From the human T2T-CHM13v2.0 reference genome, Homo sapiens: a stretch of DNA of 64,000 bases. How positions within the stretch are numbered: the first letter of the stretch is position 1; every line of letters starts with the position of its first letter. The DNA is taken from NCBI RefSeq assembly GCF_009914755.1, contig NC_060926.1. One strand, given 5' to 3'. Below the pieces are notes generated by a model. The model was not told the origin of the DNA and searched no databases. It saw nothing but the letters and a program-made list of their open reading frames with translations. Both the position numbers and the translations under genes were made by a program. This document shows, in pieces, positions 58,243 to 64,000 of the stretch.

Positions 58243-59139
58243 TATTCCCACAATGAAGAACAGCCTGGATTATAAAACATGTACAGCACACAGCTGTACA
58301 GAATGAGGCTTGCTTTTTACCTTTCTGCCTAGTGTGCCCAAACTGACAGTGATAACTTTGTGACATATGCTCTTATGGACTCAGCAAGATCATACTAAGA
58401 ACATTTTGACAAAAAAAGGAAATAAGTAGGATTCAGGCACTATTTGTTCCCCCCTTGTATTGCCATGCAGGGGGAGAAATTTTGTGTTTTCTTTGCCAGT
58501 TGCCATCATACTTAGAGGGTCCAGGGTGTGATGACTTATAGGAGAGTGTGCCACTTAATGACCCTTCCTCAGTGGTGACAATGTGTACAACAAAGAAACT
58601 AATTACAGTAAAGATTGTCTGCAGCTCAAATCAGAGTTGCCTAATTGAGTCTAATATCATTGCTGATAGCTATGAATATGTTCAAAGAATTTGTTGTGAA
58701 AGCACCTCTCATGTTTACTATTGTGATTCCACCTCCATGCAATGAGATTACAGTTCAGAAGGTTCCTAGTACTGTAGGGATAATGCTAGCTTGCTCTGCG
58801 TGTGTGTGCGTGTGTGTGTGTGCTGCCCTTCAGAACCTTTTCATGCACTCAAACTCAGGTAAAGTAAAAGAGCTGTTTTCTCATTTGTTAACAAAGGTTT
58901 CTGTGGTCACTATAAAGCATGACTTCCAAAAGTGATTATTCATACTAGTCAATATGTGACAGTTCTGATATACAGTTTTTCACATGTCTTCACACACATG
59001 CGATAGCTACTGCTCATGGAAACCTTGTGAGGATTAGGGCCTGGAGACTAAAGAAAGCCCACAGACAGACCTGAAAATTGCCATGGCCAGCAGGCCAGCA
59101 ACTGGACATAACACATTATTGTTGTTAGGGAATCTGTGG

Positions 59140-59950
59140 ATGATTCAATAAGCATTTGTTGAGTGTCTACTATTTGCAGGTATTTTACTGGACACTAAGA
59201 TACACAGATGCTAAAATGTTTGCCCATGAAAAACTAGCAGGCTAGTGGGGGCAATCATAAATAGGCCTATAAACCAAGAACTACAAAATGTTAAATGGGA
59301 ATATGGAGGAGGAAATGATTAATTCTTCTTGCAATTAAAAAAGAAAATTGAGAATGCAAAGTGCTTTTGGGGTCCTCTACTGTGTTTAAGAGTGTTGCAT
59401 ATAGTCCTGTATTCTATGCACTGTGAGGCTCAGACCCCTCCCCCAGAGGTGCAGGGGGGAAAAGTAAGCTTTGGAGACACATAGCTCTGGGCTTGAATTT
59501 CAGCTCTGCCATTAACAATGACCTGGTTATGTAACTGCCAAGTTTAACCTCTGTTGAAATCCAGTTTAACCGTTGAAATGGTATCACCTCACTGAGTTAT
59601 GGAAATCAAAGGAGATAACCAATCTAAAGTGTATGTATAGTAGTTCCATAAATGTTGTTCTCCCTTCTCTACACTTCACTCTCATCCCTACATTGAATGA
59701 TGTAGAAAAGTCAAGTCATCTGTTTACTGGGAATAATCACCTGATTGCTCTTTAAGGGGATGCAAGGCAGATCTGAGTATTTTGGAATGTGAAAGCCAAA
59801 TAATTGACTGAGTACAGGAAATAAAGAAACTAAGGGTAATAACAACAACACTTTTTGCTGGGGGCTTTACATATATTCTCTTTTTTTATCTTCACAAAAA
59901 CTTCATAAGGGAGATAGTGTTTTCCCCATATTTGATGATAATTTCCTTAC
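59140..59950. mobile_element. L2 3'-end and MIR fragments
   Basis: attcaataagcatttgttgagtgtctactatttgcagg (L2 antisense); ctgggcttgaatttcagctctgccatta (MIR); tatcttcacaaaaacttcataagggagatagtg (MIR antisense). Confidence 0.6.
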
Positions 59951-60559
59951 CTACTATAATATTTTGTATGGCTTCATTCATTTTATGTTGTGTATGTTAC
60001 CCTCCAAAACCTAGAGACAGGCTCTTTTTTGTTAGAAAGGCTCCCAAATTTCGGTATACTGCAACCAGATGAGAATAGTTGGCTGTATCCACCCAATACA
60101 GATGGAGCAATAAAGCCTAGCATAAATGTGCTTGATTGATTTAGAGCTTGGTATATTTTCCACATTTGTATAGTGAAGACATACTTCTGTATTAAGAGTA
60201 ATTAATTCAAAATGTAAAATTTCTTAAAAATAACTGGTATAGAAAATAAATCTGTTATCTTTTAGTTTCTTTTTCACAAACTTAATGTTATTCAGAGTTC
60301 ACGATCAGACTGTTCCTCTATTACTCATCCTGAGTCTTAGCTGAGGGTCAGAACTCTCCCAAGGCTTGGGTATGGCCATAAGGCTCCTGACAAAATTAGT
60401 ATCAAAATAGTTTTTCTCTCAGTTGGCTATGTCTTATGCTATCTCAGGCAAAAGGACATTGAAAAGAAGACTTTTTTTGCTTATGTTTGTAAAACTCCCG
60501 ATCAGCCGCAAAGGCATCTGCCATGCCCTAGCTTCTCTGCTTAGATGCTTCTGTTGGCT

Positions 60560-61020
60560 TTCCCATATTACTTAGTGTACATAAGAAGTGATTCTAACCA
60601 AAAGATCCCAGAATACAGCATGACTTGAAAAAGAAAGTTCATTTTATCATGTGATACAGATTGAAGGTGAGCAATGGAGGCCAGCCAGAGGGCTCTGTCC
60701 CATGCGGTCATTCAGAAAAGCAGGTGCCTCTATCTTCTTCACCATGCCCCAGGGTATTTTTCTGGTTAAAGTTGGGTTGATGCCATGTCTGAGTTCCAGC
60801 CTGAGGGAAGAGTGAAGAGTCTTCTCTCTTGTGGTTGTGTCCCTCAGGAGATGACCAAGAAGCTGCATACATTACTTGTCTTCATTTCCCAATGGTCTGT
60901 GCTTAGGCATAAGATCATTCCTTTATAACCAAATGGCCATGTGTCTAGCTAGAACTCAGAGAGTTCTAGTACAAAAGTCAGGAAAGAATGGACACTGAGA
61001 GATAGTAATCTCAGCCACTC
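60560..61020 (-). mobile_element. Old MLT1 (J/K-like) LTR
   Basis: atgacttgaaaaagaaagttcatttt...ggtcattcagaaaagcagg...ggccatgtgtctagctagaactcagagagttcta. Confidence 0.55.
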
Positions 61021-61129
61021 CCTCTAAGACAAAAGTTGAAACAGAACTGTTGCTATATAATGGAAGATTGGAACTTCCCCCACCCTTGCTTTTTTGTTCC
61101 CAGTTGGGAGGTATTTTTCCAATTTTAAA

Positions 61130-61810
61130 GTTTTTAATATTTCTCTCCCACTATCATCCTTCTTACATGGTAGCTTCTAGCTGTGACCTCAACAGCTTCC
61201 CAACTGGCATCCTGCCTATACTCTTGTTTCCCCAAAATCTACTGTTAACTCAGAAGCCAGTGGGATCTTTATTAAATGTAAACTAGGCAACATCACTTCT
61301 CCACCTGTAACTCACCAATGACTTCTCATGTGATGAGAATCAAACTAAACTCATTGCCGTGGCCTGAAGGCTGCCCTATTGGCTCTGCTTACTTCTCTTC
61401 CTTCTCTGCTCTCTGCCACTGTCTTTCGTTTGTTTGTCATTGCTTTTGTTCCCTGAATATAGTGAGCTTGAACTCATCTTGGGTCTTTCCCTCTTGCTAT
61501 CCCTTTTACTCGAGGTCCTATCTTCACAAAGTTGCCTTCTTCTAATATTCAGGCCTCAACCCCAAGGTAACCTCTTCAGCAAGGACTTCTCATAGCTACC
61601 ATAACTAAAGCAGCCACACACCCACCCCCGTCACCATCCATGATGTTACCCAAAAGTATCTCCTTTAAAACATACATCATGATCATTATTATTATTTGGT
61701 TTACATGTCTATAGTATAGAAACATGTCTTGTTTGACCCTCTATCTAGAACTCCCAGCAACTCTAAACACATTATAGGCACTTGGTGAATATCTGTTAAT
61801 GGAAAGGTTT
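61130..61810 (+). mobile_element. L2 3' portion
   Basis: cagaagccagtgggatctttattaaatgtaaactag...caggcctcaaccccaaggtaacctcttcagcaaggacttctc...taggcacttggtgaatatctgttaatg. Confidence 0.7.
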
Positions 61811-61904
61811 GATCTCTGTAAAATGGCAAAACTATTTATCTAACAGCCATTAGCACAGGGCCTTGCACATGGTAGGTATTCAAAAAATATTTATATTTTA
61901 ATGG

Positions 61905-62058
61905 TTTTTTTCTTTTTAGAGATAGTATCTTTCTCTATTGCTCAGGCTGGAGGGCAGTGGTGTGATCACAGCTCCTTGAACTCCTGGGCTCAAGAGAGCC
62001 TCCAGCCTCAGACTCCTGAGTAGCTGGGACTACAGGCGTGTGCCAGTACACCCGGCTA
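61905..62058 (-). mobile_element. Monomeric Alu (FRAM/FAM-like or AluJ right arm)
   Basis: A single ~150-bp antisense Alu monomer with a T-tract. Confidence 0.8.
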
Positions 62059-62435
62059 ATAAACGTTTATTGAACGAATAGAGTTAGCTGCAAATCCCAG
62101 TAAATCAGAGGGACAAGGAGTACCATCTGAGAAGTCTTTACATAAACATTTTGTGCTTAATTACTACTTTTTCTGAATATTAAAGTAAATAAGCTGTGTA
62201 AAAAATACAGAGAGGTATAAAGAAAAGTTCCACTTCCAAATAAAAATACAAATGTATTAACATCTTGGTAAGTATTTATATAGACTTATTTCCTATATGC
62301 ATCCACACATACAATTTTTAAAAATTGGTATCATATCATATATGCAGTTTAAACAGAAAGCTTGCCGAGTACACTCGCCAAGAAATAATGCTTATTTTAA
62401 AGTATGGAGATGTACATTAAAATAAATTAGGTTGT

Positions 62436-63733
62436 CATCTGATCTTTGACAAGCCTGACAAAAACAAGAAATGGGGGAAAGGATTCCCTATTTAATAAAT
62501 GGTGTTGGGAACACTGGCTAGCCATATGCAGAAAACTGAAAATGGACCCCTTCCTTACACCTTATACAAAAATTAACTCAAGATGGATTAAAGACTTAAA
62601 TGTAAAACCTAAAACCATAAAAACCCTAGAAGAAAACCTAGGCAATACCATTCAGGACATAGGCATGGGCAAAGACTTCATGACTAAAACACTAAAAGCA
62701 ATGGCAACAAAAGCCCAAATTGACAAATGGGATCTAATTAAACTAAAGAGCTTCTGCACAGCAAAAGAAACTATCATCAGAGTGAACAGGCAACATACAG
62801 AGTGGGAAAAAATTTTTGTAATCTATCCATCTGACAAAGGGCTAATATTCAGAATCTAAAAAGAACTTAAACAAATTTACAAGAAAAAAACAACCCCATC
62901 AAAAAGTGTGCGAAGGATATAAACAGATACTTCTTGAAAGAAGACATTTATGTGGCCAACAAACATGAAAAAAAGCTCATCATCACTGGTCATTAGAGAA
63001 ACGCAAATCAAAACCACAACGAGATACCATCTCACACCAGTTAGAATGGTGATCATTAAAAAGTCAGGAAACAACAGATGCTGGAGAGGATGTGGAGAAA
63101 TAGGAACGCTTTTACACTGTTGATGGAAGTGTAAATTAGTTCAACCACTGTGGAAGACAGTGTGGCGATTCCTCAAGGACCTATAACCAGAAATATCATT
63201 TGAACCAGCAATCTCATTAGTGGGTATAAACCCAAAGGATTATAAATCATTCTACTATAAAGACACATGCACACATATGTTTACTGCAGCACTGTTCACA
63301 ATAGCAAATACTTGGAACCAACCCAAATGTCCATCAATGATAGACTAGATAAAGAAAATGTGGCACATATACACCATGGAATACTATGCAGCCATAAAAA
63401 AGGATGAGTTCATGTCTTTTGTAGGGACATGAATGAAGCTGGAAACCATCATTCTCAGCAAACTGACACAGGACAAGAAAACCAAACGCTGCATGTTATC
63501 ACTCATAAGTGGGAGTTGAACAATGAGAACACATGGACACAGGGAAGGGAACATCACACATTGGGGCCTGTCAGGGAGTCAGGGGCTAGGGGAGGGATAG
63601 CATTAGGAGAAATACCTAATGTAGATGACAGGTTGACGGGTGCAGCAAACCACCATGGCACGTGTATACCTATGTAACAAATCTGCATCTTCTGCACATG
63701 CATCCCAGAACTTAAAGTATAATAATAATTTAA
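62436..63733 (+). mobile_element. 5'-truncated L1PA7-like LINE-1 (1.3 kb) with TSD
   Basis: ORF2 C-terminal peptide (62446-62859: [41 protein letters not shown]), 3'UTR, and TSD aaattaggttgt at 62424-62435 and 63734-63745. Confidence 0.95.
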
Positions 63734-64000
63734 AAATTAGGTTGTATGCACCACCACTTACATATTTTAGGTGGTGATTATAGCACAGAATAAGGTTTGC
63801 ATGGACATATCTATCAGCAGCTGGACCTGTGCCCCATGTCAGGGGCCCTCTGCAGAGCAGGGGAAAATGAATTCTCTAGAAAAGTTTGTCAAGTCTGTGA
63901 TGCTACTTATTTTTACTTAGATCTAAATCTTCTTTCTTCCCATAGAAAAACATTGGTCGCTTGTCTTTTCATCTCTTCTAGCAAAGGTTGGTGAATATTA

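Overview
Primate (almost certainly human) euchromatic DNA, AT-rich and mostly made of interspersed repeats. The only protein-coding sequence I can support is the first coding exon of NEMP2 (TMEM194B) on the minus strand at 1882-1978. It encodes the signal peptide MGPRQGRWWLLLWLPPLATLPVRGEAAAAALS and ends in a canonical GT donor. It lies in a CpG island (~1690-2400) that looks like a bidirectional promoter. From memory this is chr2q32.2, with a divergent lncRNA (NEMP2-DT) and then NAB1 to the right; I cannot verify that here. The remaining ~61 kb is non-coding and contains two large internally deleted L1s, a 5'-truncated L1PA, ancient L1/HAL1-like copies, ~15 Alus, MaLR/ERVL LTRs, an old LTR40-flanked ERVL provirus with recognisable pol remnants, DNA-transposon MITEs, a processed U7 snRNA pseudogene and a 28S rRNA fragment. 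I found no evidence of a new gene system. The long ORFs in the track are explained by the GC-rich island, L1/Alu/ERV sequence or low-complexity DNA. The most interesting signals are DNA-repair/template-switch scars: (1) a perfect 53-bp copy pasted exactly 1,700 bp downstream into an ancient LTR, which also duplicates a splice-acceptor-like motif; (2) a 28S rRNA sarcin-ricin-loop fragment patched between two truncated retroelements; (3) an older ~55-bp non-tandem duplication; (4) a 22-bp Alu stub. Repeat subfamily names come from remembered consensus sequences and boundaries are approximate.
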